DNA from: an uncultured Chloroflexia bacterium | Lineage (GTDB): Bacteria; Chloroflexota; Chloroflexia; Thermomicrobiales; UBA6265 | Direction: 5' to 3' | Assembly (NCBI GenBank): GCA_963724295.1 | Contig: CAVRUC010000008.1 | Coordinates: forward strand, 128,001-192,000 | DNA length: 64,000 nucleotides | Shown here: piece after piece, positions 19,552-30,554 of the stretch | Layout: the number at the start of each line of letters is the position of its first letter | How positions within the stretch are numbered: the first letter of the stretch is position 1 | Made by a program: the position numbers and the translations under genes | Notes under the pieces: generated by a model | The model's input: only the letters and a program-made list of their open reading frames with translations | What the model was told of the DNA's origin: nothing | The model's database searches: none

Positions 19552-22500
19552 CTAGCGCGCGCTCACGGCCAGCCCACTCACCAGTGCCAGCGCTTCGGCC
19601 GCCGCTGCCTCCCGCCCGAGCGCCCCTCCGGCGGCGTAGGCAGCGGCGAAGGCATCTTCGCCTAGCGCCGCCCGCGCCGCAGCCTCCGTCGCCTCCAGCC
19701 GCGTCCGCCGCGACGGCGGCATCCCGCCCTCGGTCGCCTCCCGCATGGCCGCGGCCGCACCCAGCATCCGCGCTGCCCCGGACGCGTCGCCGGTCGCGGA
19801 CGACACCCACGCCGCTCCCTCGACCGCTTCCGCCTCGACCAGCCGAAACTCCCCGGATCGCGTCAGATCCAGCGCCTCGGCGATCAAGCCGGCCGCATCA
19901 GCCGCGTCGCCCAGGTCGACCTGGATAGCGGCGGCTTCCACCAGTGCAAGGGCCAGCAAGAGCGGAGTGCCGGACGCACGGTGAACCGATACGGCGTGCC
20001 CAGTCAGCGTCCGTGCTCGGGCCGCGTCCCCGCGGTAGACGGCAACCGCGGCCAGCGTGAGCCGTACCGCCGCCGCCAGGAGATCTTCGCCCAGCCTGGC
20101 GAACTCGTCGGCCGCTTCGGCGAGCAAGCCGCCTGCCGCATCCAGATCCTCTTCCTCCAGGGCCACTCGGCCGAGCAGGAAGTCGGCATTGAGCTCCAGT
20201 GGCAGGTCCCCGGCGGCATGGGCGAGATCCTTTGCCTCCTTGCCAAGGTCCCGCGCGCGCCCGAGGTTTCCCTGCTGCAGCGCCACCCAACCCAGTTCCG
20301 TGAGCGTGTTGAGGCCGGCCCAGTGCTCCCCGAGCCGGCGAAAGATGGCGAGGGCGGCTTCGTACGCGGCCACGGCAGCCCGCAGGTCGCCGGCCACGCT
20401 GGCAGCGAAGCCAATTCCGCGCAGGGCGTACGCCTCGCCGCGTTCGTTACCGATCCGTCGCGAGACTGCCAGACCCTCCTCCGCCGCGGCCCGCGCCGCC
20501 GCCACCTCGCCCAGTGTGGCCCGCCCGATGCCGAGGGAGGCGAGGGCAATATTGACTCCCTCGTCGTCCCCCTCCGTGCGGAAGATGCCCAGCGCCTCCT
20601 CGTACAGTGCAACGGAGCGGCGCGCGTCGCCGTTGACGAACACGAGGTTCCCCAGCGAGCGTAGGGCCCAGCCCCGCACGCGCGTGGGCGCCGGACCGGC
20701 CGCCGCCAGCGCGCGCTCCAGCCAGCCGATCCCTTCGGCATAGTGGTACCGGAATTCCCAGAAGCGCCGGACGCCGGCGGCCATGACGAGGGCGGTTTCC
20801 GCCGCTCCCCGCTCGAGCAACCATCCCAGCGCGGCCCGCACGTTGGCGTGTTCGACCGTGAGCCGCGCGTGCCAGGCCGCCTCGTCGGGTCCCTCCATTC
20901 CGGTCCGTGCCTGCTCGACCAGCGCCGCGAAGAACGCGGCGTGGGCATCCCGGGTCGTCTCCTCGTCGCCACTCTCGGCCAGCCGCTCGGCGGCGAACTC
21001 ACGCACCGTCTCCAGCATCCAAAAGCGTGGCTCATCTCCCGCCTCGTCCTCCAGCCGTAGCAGGCTGTGCTCAGAAAGCCGCTCCACCAGCCCCACGACG
21101 TCCAGCTCGTCACCACGATTGGTCACCGCCTCGGCCGACTCCAGCGTGAAGCCACCTGCGAAGGCCGCCAACCGCCGGAACACGGCCTGTTCCTCGGGGT
21201 TGAGCAGGTCGTGGCTCCAGGCGATGGCGTCGCGCAGCGTGCGCTGGCGGGCCGGGGCGTCACGGGCGCCTCCCGTCAGGAATGGCAGGCGCTTCTCCAG
21301 CCGGGCCAGGAGCGCTTCGGGGGGAAACAGGCGCACCCGCGCCGCCGCGAGCTCGATCGCCAGCGGTAGGCCGTCGAGACGCCAGCAAATTTCGGCCACC
21401 GCGGGGGCGCTTGCATTGTCCACCTCGAAATCCGGCCGGACTGCCCGCGCCCGTTCGACGAAGAGGCGGACGGCGGCGTAGGAGGAGAGCTGTTCGGCGG
21501 TGGGCGGGGGCGGCGGCCGCCAGGGCAGTGCCAGGGGTGGCACCTCCCACTCCCGCTCAGCGCGCAGCCGGAGAGGCGCCCGGCTGGTGGCGAGCACCGT
21601 CAGGCCGGAACAGATCGTGATCAAATCCACTACCAGGCCGGCGACGGCCGGTAGCAGATGCTCGCAGTTGTCGAGGACCAGGAGGAACCGCCTCAACGCC
21701 AGATGGTCACGCAGGACGTCGACCACGGGCCGGCCCCCCTGCTCGGGAACCCCCAGTGCCTGAGCCACGGCAGACGGGACCAGCGCCGGGTCGTCGAGCG
21801 ACGCCAGCGGCACGAAGGACGCGCCGTCCGGGAAGGCGTCGAGCGCCTCGGCGGCTGCCTGCAGGGCGAGCCGGGTCTTGCCACTACCTCCGGCCCCGGT
21901 AAGGGTCAGCAGCCGCACGTCTTCGCGGTGGAGCAACTCGACCACCTCGCTCACCTCCCGCTCGCGACCCAGGAACGCGGTGGGCTGGCGAGGGAAGTTG
22001 TTCGGGCGGGCATCAAGCGACCTGAGCGACGGGAAGTCGCCTGGCAGGTCAGGGTGCAGGAGTTGGAAGACCCGCTGCGGCTCGAGGAGATCGCGCAGGC
22101 GGTGCTCGCCCAGGTCAAGCAGGGAAGAATCTCCGGGGAGCGAGCTCCGAGCGAGCTGCTGGACCGCAAGGGAGAGGAGCACCTGGCCCCCATGGCCGGT
22201 CGACAGTAGCCCGGACAGCCGATTGAGGGCCGGTGCCAGGTAGTTGCCCCGGTCATCGGGCTCAGCCGCACCGGCGTGCAGCGCCATCCGCACTCGCAGC
22301 GGACCCACCTCCCCCCACTCCTCCACGAGCAGGGCTAGCTGGGCGGCAAGGGCGGCGGCAACGGCCTGGGGAGCGGTCGGGAAGGCCGCTTGCACGGCAT
22401 CGCCGACGGTCTTGAAGTGCACACCCCCGTGGGCTTGGATGGCCGCGTCGATCAGCGCGAGGTGGCGTTCCACCGCGGCGGCCATCGCCTGTCGGTCACG

Positions 22501-22572
22501 CTCCCAGAGCGCGGTGCTGCCCTCGATGTCGGTGAAGAGGAAGGTCACGGTGCCAGTGGGAAGATCAGGCAT
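19552..22572 (-). CDS. Class III adenylate/guanylate cyclase - STAND ATPase - TPR protein
   Basis: TFLFTDIEGST, GAGGSGKT P-loop, LVLDNCEH, LDGLPLAIELAA, TPR-like C-terminus. Confidence 0.93.
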   Translation of the reverse strand: MPDLPTGTVTFLFTDIEGSTALWERDRQAMAAAVERHLALIDAAIQAHGGVHFKTVGDAVQAAFPTAPQAVAAALAAQLALLVEEWGEVGPLRVRMALHAGAAEPDDRGNYLAPALNRLSGLLSTGHGGQVLLSLAVQQLARSSLPGDSSLLDLGEHRLRDLLEPQRVFQLLHPDLPGDFPSLRSLDARPNNFPRQPTAFLGREREVSEVVELLHREDVRLLTLTGAGGSGKTRLALQAAAEALDAFPDGASFVPLASLDDPALVPSAVAQALGVPEQGGRPVVDVLRDHLALRRFLLVLDNCEHLLPAVAGLVVDLITICSGLTVLATSRAPLRLRAEREWEVPPLALPWRPPPPPTAEQLSSYAAVRLFVERARAVRPDFEVDNASAPAVAEICWRLDGLPLAIELAAARVRLFPPEALLARLEKRLPFLTGGARDAPARQRTLRDAIAWSHDLLNPEEQAVFRRLAAFAGGFTLESAEAVTNRGDELDVVGLVERLSEHSLLRLEDEAGDEPRFWMLETVREFAAERLAESGDEETTRDAHAAFFAALVEQARTGMEGPDEAAWHARLTVEHANVRAALGWLLERGAAETALVMAAGVRRFWEFRYHYAEGIGWLERALAAAGPAPTRVRGWALRSLGNLVFVNGDARRSVALYEEALGIFRTEGDDEGVNIALASLGIGRATLGEVAAARAAAEEGLAVSRRIGNERGEAYALRGIGFAASVAGDLRAAVAAYEAALAIFRRLGEHWAGLNTLTELGWVALQQGNLGRARDLGKEAKDLAHAAGDLPLELNADFLLGRVALEEEDLDAAGGLLAEAADEFARLGEDLLAAAVRLTLAAVAVYRGDAARARTLTGHAVSVHRASGTPLLLALALVEAAAIQVDLGDAADAAGLIAEALDLTRSGEFRLVEAEAVEGAAWVSSATGDASGAARMLGAAAAMREATEGGMPPSRRTRLEATEAAARAALGEDAFAAAYAAGGALGREAAAAEALALVSGLAVSAR

Positions 22573-22692
22573 GGTTGCTCTCAGGACGGTCGGCGGAACC
22601 TGGTGCTACCCGATTGTCGCATGCGAGCAGACCGGCCTCCGATGTCCGGCAACTCTTGTCGACGCGCTCCGCATCCTGGCGACCCCCGCGTG

Positions 22693-22917
22693 CTACGCCT
22701 TGGGGAAACCCAACCCCAACCGCTTGAGCGAGAGCCAGCGACCCTGGCCGATGATGAGGTGGTCCAGCAGCTCGATGTCGAGCAGCTGTCCGGCCGCCAC
22801 GATCTCGACGGTGAGGGCCACATCGGCCGCCGACGGCGTCGGATCCCCCGACGGGTGGTTGTGCACCGCGACGATGGCGGTAGCCTGCAGACGGACCGCA
22901 TCGCGGAAGACCTCAGT
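22693..22917 (-). pseudogene. radC: radC 3' fragment (JAB half)
   Basis: EVFRDAVR...[14 protein letters not shown]...LGLGFPKA*, almost identical in protein to the end of intact radC; homology stops abruptly near 22917. Confidence 0.9.
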
Positions 22918-23245
22918 GTTGCGTCGTAAACGTGCGGATCCCAAGAGAAAGCGTCGAGACAATGGGTCAGGACGCCAGCAGATAAGAGCTAGAGTGTTCT
23001 TGGAGCACGAATAGGGAGTGCCTGGGTGCCGCACGCTCGTCGAGACTCAACATGGACGCATCCACCAGACTGTAACGGCGAGCCGAGGATTTATGAAACC
23101 GGTTCCGGTCGATGATGTGCCCGAGCACCCCGCTGGTCTACTTATAGGAGGTCACCCTCACTTCGTTGAGAAGGACCGTGAACCCCAAGCGGGCCATGAG
23201 TGCTGTGGCCCGCTTGGGGTAAGTGACGCCGTCTCGGCGGTGGAT

Positions 23246-23614
23246 CTAGCTCGCGGATGCACAGGACGTGAGCTGCTGCTCCGCTCCCAGATTGCGGCTG
23301 GGGGCCAGGTCAATGGCGCGGAACTGCGCCAGGAGTTCGGCGGCGGTCGGTGCCGGTGCCTCATCGCCGCTCGCGTCAGCCGCGGCGAGCACTCGGTACG
23401 CTTGGTCGGTGGTGCTGGCGGCCGGGCGCCCGATCGTCGCGCGAATGGCCTCGACCGCCCCGTAGCCACTCCTCTCGTCCCACGATGCGGCGGGGACCGG
23501 CGCCCGGAGGAGGTCTTCTTCCCGACCGTGGACAGCGATGGAGTCGGATACTGCCAGCATGAGTACTGCGGCGAAAGCTGAGATCGCTGGTCGGGACCGA
23601 TGGATCTTGGACAT
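23246..23614 (-). CDS. Small putative secreted hypothetical protein
   Basis: ATG, basic N-region, hydrophobic signal-like stretch. Confidence 0.5.
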   Translation of the reverse strand: MSKIHRSRPAISAFAAVLMLAVSDSIAVHGREEDLLRAPVPAASWDERSGYGAVEAIRATIGRPAASTTDQAYRVLAAADASGDEAPAPTAAELLAQFRAIDLAPSRNLGAEQQLTSCASAS

Positions 23615-23906
23615 TTCTGGTTCCGTTCTGTACGTCCGAGGCGTGAACGGTGGCTAGTGTTGCCTGGCGCCTTGGAGATGCGAGTTCTGGAGCGACTCGG
23701 CTCACTCGGTCGCGAGCCCTGCCGGGGTGGGGTTTGGTGACCTCGTCCTGGCACGCTCCTAGCATCCTCCTCAGCGGCACGCGCGGCGAGACGCAACGAG
23801 CACGCATCACGGCCTGACTGACCGCGCCGAAGCCGTCTGGTACGCTGGCACGGCACACCACAGCACGCCCCCGATCAGCCAGCACGTGGAACCAGGCGGG
23901 GTGGCG

Positions 23907-26276
23907 ATGAGCGAGCGCAGGACCTCTTTCGGCGAGCTTCTCCGTCAATTGCGCAGCGCGGCAGCCCTCTCCCAAGAGGCGCTGGCCGAGCGCGCTGGGC
24001 TCAGCAAGCGCGGCATCAGCGACCTGGAACGCGGGGCTCGTCTCGCTCCTCGGTTGGAAACCGTCCGCCTGCTGGCCGACGCGCTCATGCTCGGTGAGTC
24101 CGATCGGATGGCGTTGCTGGCAGCGGCGCGGCCGACGGTGACGGTCTTGGCGTCGGCGAAGCCCGCTGGAGCGTCGCCGCAGGGTTTGCTCCCGCTTCCC
24201 CCCACCCGTCTGATCGGTCGCGAGGAAGAGATCACAACGCTCTGCGACCTCCTCGGTCAGCAGGATGTTCACCTCGTGACCCTTACCGGTACCGGCGGGA
24301 CGGGAAAGACCCACCTGGCGCTGGCAGTGGCCGCCTCGGTGGTAGACCGCTACCCGGATGGCGGCGTTTTCGTCGATCTCTCCGCGCTCACCGATCCAAA
24401 TTTTGTCGTGCCAGCCATCGCAGCCATAGTGGGCGTACGCGAGACTGCCGGAGAATCGATGCGCGAGACGGTCAGCCGCTACCTGCGGGAGCGCCGCCTG
24501 TTGCTGGTGCTCGACAACTGCGAGCAAGTGCTAGAGAGCGCATCTGACATCGCCGCCCTAGTGGCTGGTTGCCCGCATCTCGCCATCCTGGCCACCAGCC
24601 GGGAGCCGTTGCACATCCGGGCCGAGTTCGAGATTGCGGTGCGTCCTTTGCCCCTCCCCGATCCAGCACGGCTGCCGCCGCTGGCCGAGCTGGGGAACGT
24701 TCCGGCGGTGGCGCTGTTTGTCGAACGGGCGCACGCGGCAAGCGCGGGCTTCGCGTTGACCGTGGAGAACGCCCCCGCCGTCGCCGCCATCTGCCACCGC
24801 CTCGATGGCTTGCCCCTGGCCATCGAGCTGGCCGCAGCGCGGATCAAAGTCCTGCCCCCGGCGGCGCTCCTGGCCCGGCTCGAGCACCGACTGCCCTTGC
24901 TCACCGGCGGCGGACGCGACCTGCCGGTACGACAGCGCACCATGCGCGATGCCATCGCCTGGAGTCACGACTTGCTCACCGCTGAAGAGCAAGCCGTCTT
25001 TCGCCGCCTGGCCGTTTTCGCCGGCGGCTTCACCCTCGCGGCAGCGGAGGCCGTGGCCGGGTCTAAAGGAGAACTTGCGGCTCTCGACGGCATCGTCGCC
25101 CTGGTCGAGCAAAGCCTCCTCCGACACATGCCAGGATCTGGTGACGAGCCGCGCTTCACCATGCTGGAGACGATCCGCGAGTACGGGCTGGAGCGGCTGG
25201 CCACGAGTGGCGACGAGGAGGCGACCCAGCGAGCGTACGGCGGGTTCTTCCTGGCGCTGGCGGAAGAGGCCGAGCCCCAATTGATCGGCCCGGAGCAGGG
25301 AGAGTGGTTGACCCGGCTCGAGACCGAGCACGACAACCTGCGGGCGGTCCTGGTGTGGGCAGAGGCTCAAGACCACGAGACCGGGCTGCGGCTGGCGGCC
25401 GCGCTCTGGCGATTCTGGTACGCCCGCGGGCACTTGAACGAGGGGCGCGGCTGGCTGGAGCGGGCACTGGCCCTCGACGGCGCGGGACAGAGCGCTGCGC
25501 GAGTCCGGGCATTACACGGCGCGGGCGTGCTGGCCGATCTGCAGGGCGACCCGGCGCAGGCAGAAGCGCTCGTCACGGAGTCTCTGGCGCTGGCGCGAAG
25601 CCTCCAGGACCGCCGGGGTGAGGCTCTTGCCCTGGTCGCATTAGGCCTTGTAGCCGCCTTCGAGGGAGACACCGCCCGGGAGGTGGCCCTGACGGAAGCG
25701 AGCCTCGCCCTGTGGCGCGACCTCGACGACGCGTGGGGTGCCGCCGGAGCGCTCAACAATCTCGGGTACACGGCCTATGTCCAGGGCGACTTCGGGCGGG
25801 CGGCGGGATTCCTCGACGAGGCCGTGGCCTTAGCCAGCGTGGCCGGGGATCGCAGACTTCTCGGATACACCCTGGATAGCTGCGGGGCGCTTGCTGAGGC
25901 ACAGGGTGAGCTGCAGCGAGCGACGGAGCTCCACCGCGAGGCGCTGTCCCTGGCTCAAACGACGGGCAACCCAGTCATGGTGGCGTTCACCCTGAGCGCG
26001 CTGGCGAGTATCGCGGCCAATCAGGGCCAGCCGGTGCATGCAGGACGGATGTGGGGAGCTGCCAGCGCGCTGCGGGAGGCGACCGGCACGCAGCTGCCCC
26101 TGGAGGAGGAAGCCCGGTTCGCGGGACCCGTCGCGGCCGCCCGGGAGGTCTTGGGCACGGATGCATTCAACTCCGCTTGGGAGGAGGGCCGAGCGCAACC
26201 ACATGAGCAAGTGGTTGTTGAGGCCTTGGGGCTGGGCGACGACCGTGCCACGGACATCCCAGAGAACCGAAGCTGA
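23907..26276 (+). CDS. XRE HTH - STAND ATPase - TPR regulator
   Basis: LSQEALAERAGLSKRGISDLERG HTH, GTGGTGKT, LDGLPLAIELAA, TPR repeats. Confidence 0.93.
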   Translation: MSERRTSFGELLRQLRSAAALSQEALAERAGLSKRGISDLERGARLAPRLETVRLLADALMLGESDRMALLAAARPTVTVLASAKPAGASPQGLLPLPPTRLIGREEEITTLCDLLGQQDVHLVTLTGTGGTGKTHLALAVAASVVDRYPDGGVFVDLSALTDPNFVVPAIAAIVGVRETAGESMRETVSRYLRERRLLLVLDNCEQVLESASDIAALVAGCPHLAILATSREPLHIRAEFEIAVRPLPLPDPARLPPLAELGNVPAVALFVERAHAASAGFALTVENAPAVAAICHRLDGLPLAIELAAARIKVLPPAALLARLEHRLPLLTGGGRDLPVRQRTMRDAIAWSHDLLTAEEQAVFRRLAVFAGGFTLAAAEAVAGSKGELAALDGIVALVEQSLLRHMPGSGDEPRFTMLETIREYGLERLATSGDEEATQRAYGGFFLALAEEAEPQLIGPEQGEWLTRLETEHDNLRAVLVWAEAQDHETGLRLAAALWRFWYARGHLNEGRGWLERALALDGAGQSAARVRALHGAGVLADLQGDPAQAEALVTESLALARSLQDRRGEALALVALGLVAAFEGDTAREVALTEASLALWRDLDDAWGAAGALNNLGYTAYVQGDFGRAAGFLDEAVALASVAGDRRLLGYTLDSCGALAEAQGELQRATELHREALSLAQTTGNPVMVAFTLSALASIAANQGQPVHAGRMWGAASALREATGTQLPLEEEARFAGPVAAAREVLGTDAFNSAWEEGRAQPHEQVVVEALGLGDDRATDIPENRS

Positions 26277-26533
26277 ACGGGAGCCACTGAAGCCGTTTCG
26301 GTCATTGCACTGCTGTGCGGTCTCGCGGTCCCTTGCTCATGCTGACCGGTCCGGGTGGAGTCGCTCTTGCGTCGTAAACGTGCGCCCCGCAAGCGAGTGC
26401 GACAGGACAAAGGAGCGGGACGGCAGGCGCGGAGATCTCAAGTCTTTCTAGACCACGAACGCGCAAGAGACACGACGACCCCGCCGGTAATAGGAACAAC
26501 CGGGGCACATGCGAGGCGGACACAAGGCTGAAA

Positions 26534-26635
26534 GGTGAGTACGGCCAGGCGGCGTCTCAACTCCAGGGCCGCTTTCACGCGTACGGCTTTGGCATCGCCT
26601 AGACTACGAATCCGCGCCAGCTCCGTAACGTCCAA
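26534..26635 (-). pseudogene. radC: radC internal fragment (HhH region)
   Basis: LDVTELARIRSLGDAKAVRVKAALELRRRLAVLT versus intact LDLIELARIRGVGDAKSVRLKAALELGRRLAVLS. Confidence 0.85.
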
Positions 26636-26764
26636 GCCTGGAAGGGGACGTCTCTGCCGACACCGCCTAGTAGGGCGCGGGTGTCACCACATTGAACTGG
26701 AAACTGGCCGTCGACGGTCGATCAAGTTCGCAACAGGTCTCTCCTGGATCGAATTTGATTCAAC

Positions 26765-26790
26765 AGGGGCGACGCCTCCATCGCCCCTAC
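26765..26790 (-). repeat. GTAG-type REP-like palindrome
   Basis: GTAGGGGCGATGGAGGCGTCGCCCCT on the minus strand, just downstream of the oxidoreductase stop. Confidence 0.6.
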
Positions 26791-26817
26791 GCGGCGGTTC
26801 GCTTTCTTGCCGTTTCT

Positions 26818-27954
26818 TTATGGCGCTCCTCCCGTGAACCGAACCGCCGCGTAGGGCCGAAGATCGAGCGAAATCGGCTCGCCACGAATCAGGTCGGCCG
26901 TCAATGAGCCGGTATGCGGGCCCAAGGTTAAGCCGGTCGCGCCATGACCCGCGGCAATGAAGACGTTCTGCAACCCCGGGATATGACCCAGCAGCGGCAA
27001 CCCGTCCGGCGTTGCCGGACGAAAGCCGACGCGCACTTCGCGGAGCGTCGCTCCTCGCAGCCCTGGCGCCACTCGCAGGGCCTGATCGAGCACCTGACGC
27101 ACACCACCTGCCGTCTGGCGGTAGTCGAACCCGGCGTCATCTTCACGAGTCGCGCCAACGACGATGCGATCGCGAGGAAAGGTCAACAGATAGTGGCCTT
27201 GAAATGTCAGGACCACGGGCCACTGACCCGTCTCCTCATCTGGCAATACCAGATGGGCGATTTGCCCGCGTTGCGGAAAGACCGGCAGCGGTACGCCAAG
27301 CGTTTCGCCCACAGCCGAGGTCCAGGCTCCGGTGGCGACGACGACGGTCCCTGCCGCCACCGTCCGCCCGTCGACGTGAACCTGCACCGAGCCCTCGGCA
27401 TCGCGGCCGAGCGTCGCCTCGCCGCGCAGAATCGTCACGTCGCGTCGTTGCGCGGCCCGTTGCAGGGCATCGCGCATCAATCGGCCATCGATGCGCGCGG
27501 TCCCCGCGATATGGAGCGCTTTCGGCACATCAGCGAGTGCCGGAAAGAGCGATCTGGCCGCCGCACCGTCCAGCAGCGAGACCTGGTCCACGCCTTGCAC
27601 GCCGGAGGCGAGGCGATCTTGGGCGAAGCGCCCGGCGTCGTCCAGGGACGCAGCTTCGGTCTCGTTTGCGGCGACCAGGACCGAGCCGACACGGGTATAC
27701 CCCGTTTCCTCCTCGCCATCTTCAGCAAGCTCCGCGAGGAGCCGAGGGTAGTGGTCAGCCGCCAGTGCAACCAGCGCGTTGTGGGCATCGGGCTCGCGAT
27801 GGCCGGAACCCGGGGCGATAATTCCGGCACCGGCTGCCGTGGCGTGTCCCTCGTCGCCCCGGTCGACCAGGGTGACCCGGAACCCGGCACGGGCGGTGTG
27901 ATAGGCCACGCTGGAGCCGACGATGCCGCCTCCGATGACAACAACGTCACTCAC
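26818..27954 (-). CDS. FAD-dependent oxidoreductase (DAO/glycine oxidase family)
   Basis: VIGGGIVG, GFRPATPDGLPLLG, GHGATGLTLGP; GTG start 27954. Confidence 0.9.
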   Translation of the reverse strand: MSDVVVIGGGIVGSSVAYHTARAGFRVTLVDRGDEGHATAAGAGIIAPGSGHREPDAHNALVALAADHYPRLLAELAEDGEEETGYTRVGSVLVAANETEAASLDDAGRFAQDRLASGVQGVDQVSLLDGAAARSLFPALADVPKALHIAGTARIDGRLMRDALQRAAQRRDVTILRGEATLGRDAEGSVQVHVDGRTVAAGTVVVATGAWTSAVGETLGVPLPVFPQRGQIAHLVLPDEETGQWPVVLTFQGHYLLTFPRDRIVVGATREDDAGFDYRQTAGGVRQVLDQALRVAPGLRGATLREVRVGFRPATPDGLPLLGHIPGLQNVFIAAGHGATGLTLGPHTGSLTADLIRGEPISLDLRPYAAVRFTGGAP

Positions 27955-27962
27955 CGGCCGTC

Positions 27963-29400
27963 TCACGCCATCTCCGGAATCATTCTGCCGTGGGCCTCGA
28001 GGAGGTCGTCGACGAGCGCACAGATCTGCTCGGGATCGAGCTCCGCCGCGGTGTGTGGATCGAGCATCGCCGCCTGGTAAACGTGCTCTCGTTTCCCGGT
28101 GAGCGATGCCGTGACCGTCAGCTCCTGGACATTGATATTGGTTTGCATCAGCGCCGCTAGTTGCGGCGGGAGCGCGCCGACGACGGTCGGCTGCACGCCG
28201 TTGCGGTCGACGAGGCAGGGGACCTCCACGCAGCAGGGCTGCGGCAGGTTCGCGATCGACGCCCGGTTCGTCACGTTGCCGTAGACCACCCGTGGCTGAT
28301 CGGTCTCGATACTGTGGATGATCAGCGTCCCGTATTCGCCGCTGTGTCCTGTCGCGTGGTCCGCGCGATGGGCAAGCGCTTCCTGGCGCAGAGGTGGCCG
28401 CGAGCTCGGGGTTCTCGCGATCTCGACAACGGACAGCCGCCGCTGCGTCATGCCACTGAGCTGGCCGCGTCGCTGCTCCTGATAGCGGGCCATTGCCTCC
28501 GGCTCGGGGGAGGTCAGCGCGGCGCGATAGTCGCCCCATTCCGCGATCTGATCCTCGCAGCGCGCCGGATACTCGTCGAGCGGGATGTTGAACTTCTGGA
28601 TCAGGTCGTCGCGGCCCGGCTTGATGAACCAGGGGACATATTCGGAGAAATGCTCGCTCGACTCCGTCACGAAGTAGCCAAAGTGTCGAAAGACCTCGAA
28701 GCGGACCCGTTCCCAGGCCGGCTCCCGCCGCTCGTCGGCCAACTGTCGCAGCGCGGGATAGAGATCTTCGCCGTCGCGCTCGAAGCGCAGATAGAAGGCG
28801 ACATGGTTGATCCCGGCGCAGACGTAGTTGACCTGGTCGGCGGGAACTCCAAGCCAGCCGGCCATATCCTCGGCCGTTCCCTGCACGCTGTGGCAGAGGC
28901 CGACCGTGCGGACCGCCGTCGCCCGATTCATCGCCATGCAGAGCATCGCCATCGGGTTGGTGTAGTTGAGGAAGAGGACGTCCGGGCAGACCTCCTCCAT
29001 CGTCCGCGCCAAAGTCGAGCATCACCGGGATGGTGCGCAGGGCGCGCATGATGCCGCCGATGCCGAGGGTGTCGCCGATGGTCTGGCGCAGGCCGTAGCG
29101 TTTCGGGATCTCGAAGTCGATCACCGTCGAGGGCCGGTAGCCGCCGACCTGGATCATGTTGATGGCGTAGTCGGCTCCATCGAGGGCGGCGCGCAGGTCC
29201 GTCGTCGCCTCGATGGTCGGGTTAGCGCGCGCCGACTGCGCCAGCAGCTTGGCCACCGCCTCGGTGTCGGCCAGCCGCCCCGGATCGATGTCCATCAAGG
29301 CGATCGTCGAGCCGTGCAGCTCCGGAAAGGTAAAGAGGTCCTGCAACAGGTTCCGCGCGAAGACGGTGCTGCCGGCGCCAATGAACGCGATCTTGGCCAC
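27963..29400 (-). CDS. melA: GH4 alpha-galactosidase (MelA-like), frameshift near 29010
   Basis: KIAFIGAGS, QTIGDTLGIGG, NYTNPM, GLCHSV, GINH, TESSEH. Confidence 0.88.
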
Positions 29401-29484
29401 GTACTGATTGCTCCTTTACTGGGTGTAGGCAAGTCGGCAAGAATCGCTTGCCGATAGCCGAAAGCGAATTACCCGATGCACCAA

Positions 29485-30553
29485 TCACCCGAACACAACC
29501 CGCTCCGCGTTCTCTGCGTAGACCTTGCGCAAGACGTCGTCCGGCAGGTCGAGGCCGTAGATTTGCCAGCGTCCGGCACCGGGCGGCTGGCGAAGGCCGT
29601 AGTTGAAATACTCGTCCCGCGTTTCCAGAAAGCGATAGTAGATGCGGTACACCTCCGGGTTCGGCTCGTTGTCCGTGCCGAACAGGATGCGGTCCGCATG
29701 CTTGATGAAGAAATCACGGGCCGTGTAGGGCTGCCGGCCCAGTTCGGCGATGCGTGCGCTGATGTCGGCGTAGAAGTTCGGACAGGCATCCATGACCCGG
29801 CCGACCCAGCCGAGATTTTCGGCGTAGCAGCCGACGTGCGCGCCGATGAAGTCTGTGCCGGGATGCCGCCGCAGCAGACTCTCGAACTGCTCCATGATCT
29901 CGTCGAACGACGGAAAGTCGGGATGGCTGAGGTCACCCTTTGGCCGCGTCGGGTAGAAGTGCCAGTCCGGGTTTTCGTGGAGCTCCTCCCAGCGCTCGTT
30001 GAAGCGGTCGAGCGGCGTAAAGAAGGCGACCGGGTCGGCGATGTGAATCAGGACCGGCACGTCGAGCTCAGCCGCCGCCGCCCAGAGCGGATCGAGCCGG
30101 GGATCGTCGACCGGGATGAGCTTCCCCTCGGTATCGCGCAGGCGCAGCCCAAGCCTCTTCCAGACCTTCAAGCCGCGCGCGCCGAGGGCCACCGACTCGC
30201 GCAGGCGCTTCGCCTCCGTCTCGCCAAAACTGGGGTCGGTAGCGAAATTGTCGTAGTCGATCCCGGAGAAGACGGCGAAGCGGTCTGGATAGGGCTCCTG
30301 ATAGCGGGCAAGCTCGGCGCGCAGACGGTCGCCCCATCTGCCATCGAGATCAACCATGGCGCGCACGCCAGCCTCATCCATCGTGGCGATAAGGTTGTCG
30401 ACCGGCTGGGTCAGGAAGTCGTCGCTCCAGGTGAGGAACGCGTCGCCGAGGTGATTGTGGGCGTCGATCGACCGGAAAGCGCGGTTTGGTTACCTCATGG
30501 GCTTCCGTCCGCAGCATCGGCCGCGGGACGAAGTCGCGCAGCGAGAGGTCCAT
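29485..30553 (-). CDS. Amidohydrolase family protein, frameshift near 30470
   Basis: DAHNHLG metal motif after frame correction; GLKVWK, HIADP, FGTD. Confidence 0.85.
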
Positions 30554-30554
30554 C

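Noticed and set aside
23090..23245. Possible GNAT-like remnant (ALMARLGF) on the minus strand
   Set aside because: Only a short motif with stops; unsupported without a search
26818..29400. 860-aa GH4-DAO 'fusion' ORF
   Set aside because: The middle is out-of-frame text; it is a frameshifted GH4 plus a separate oxidoreductase starting at 27954
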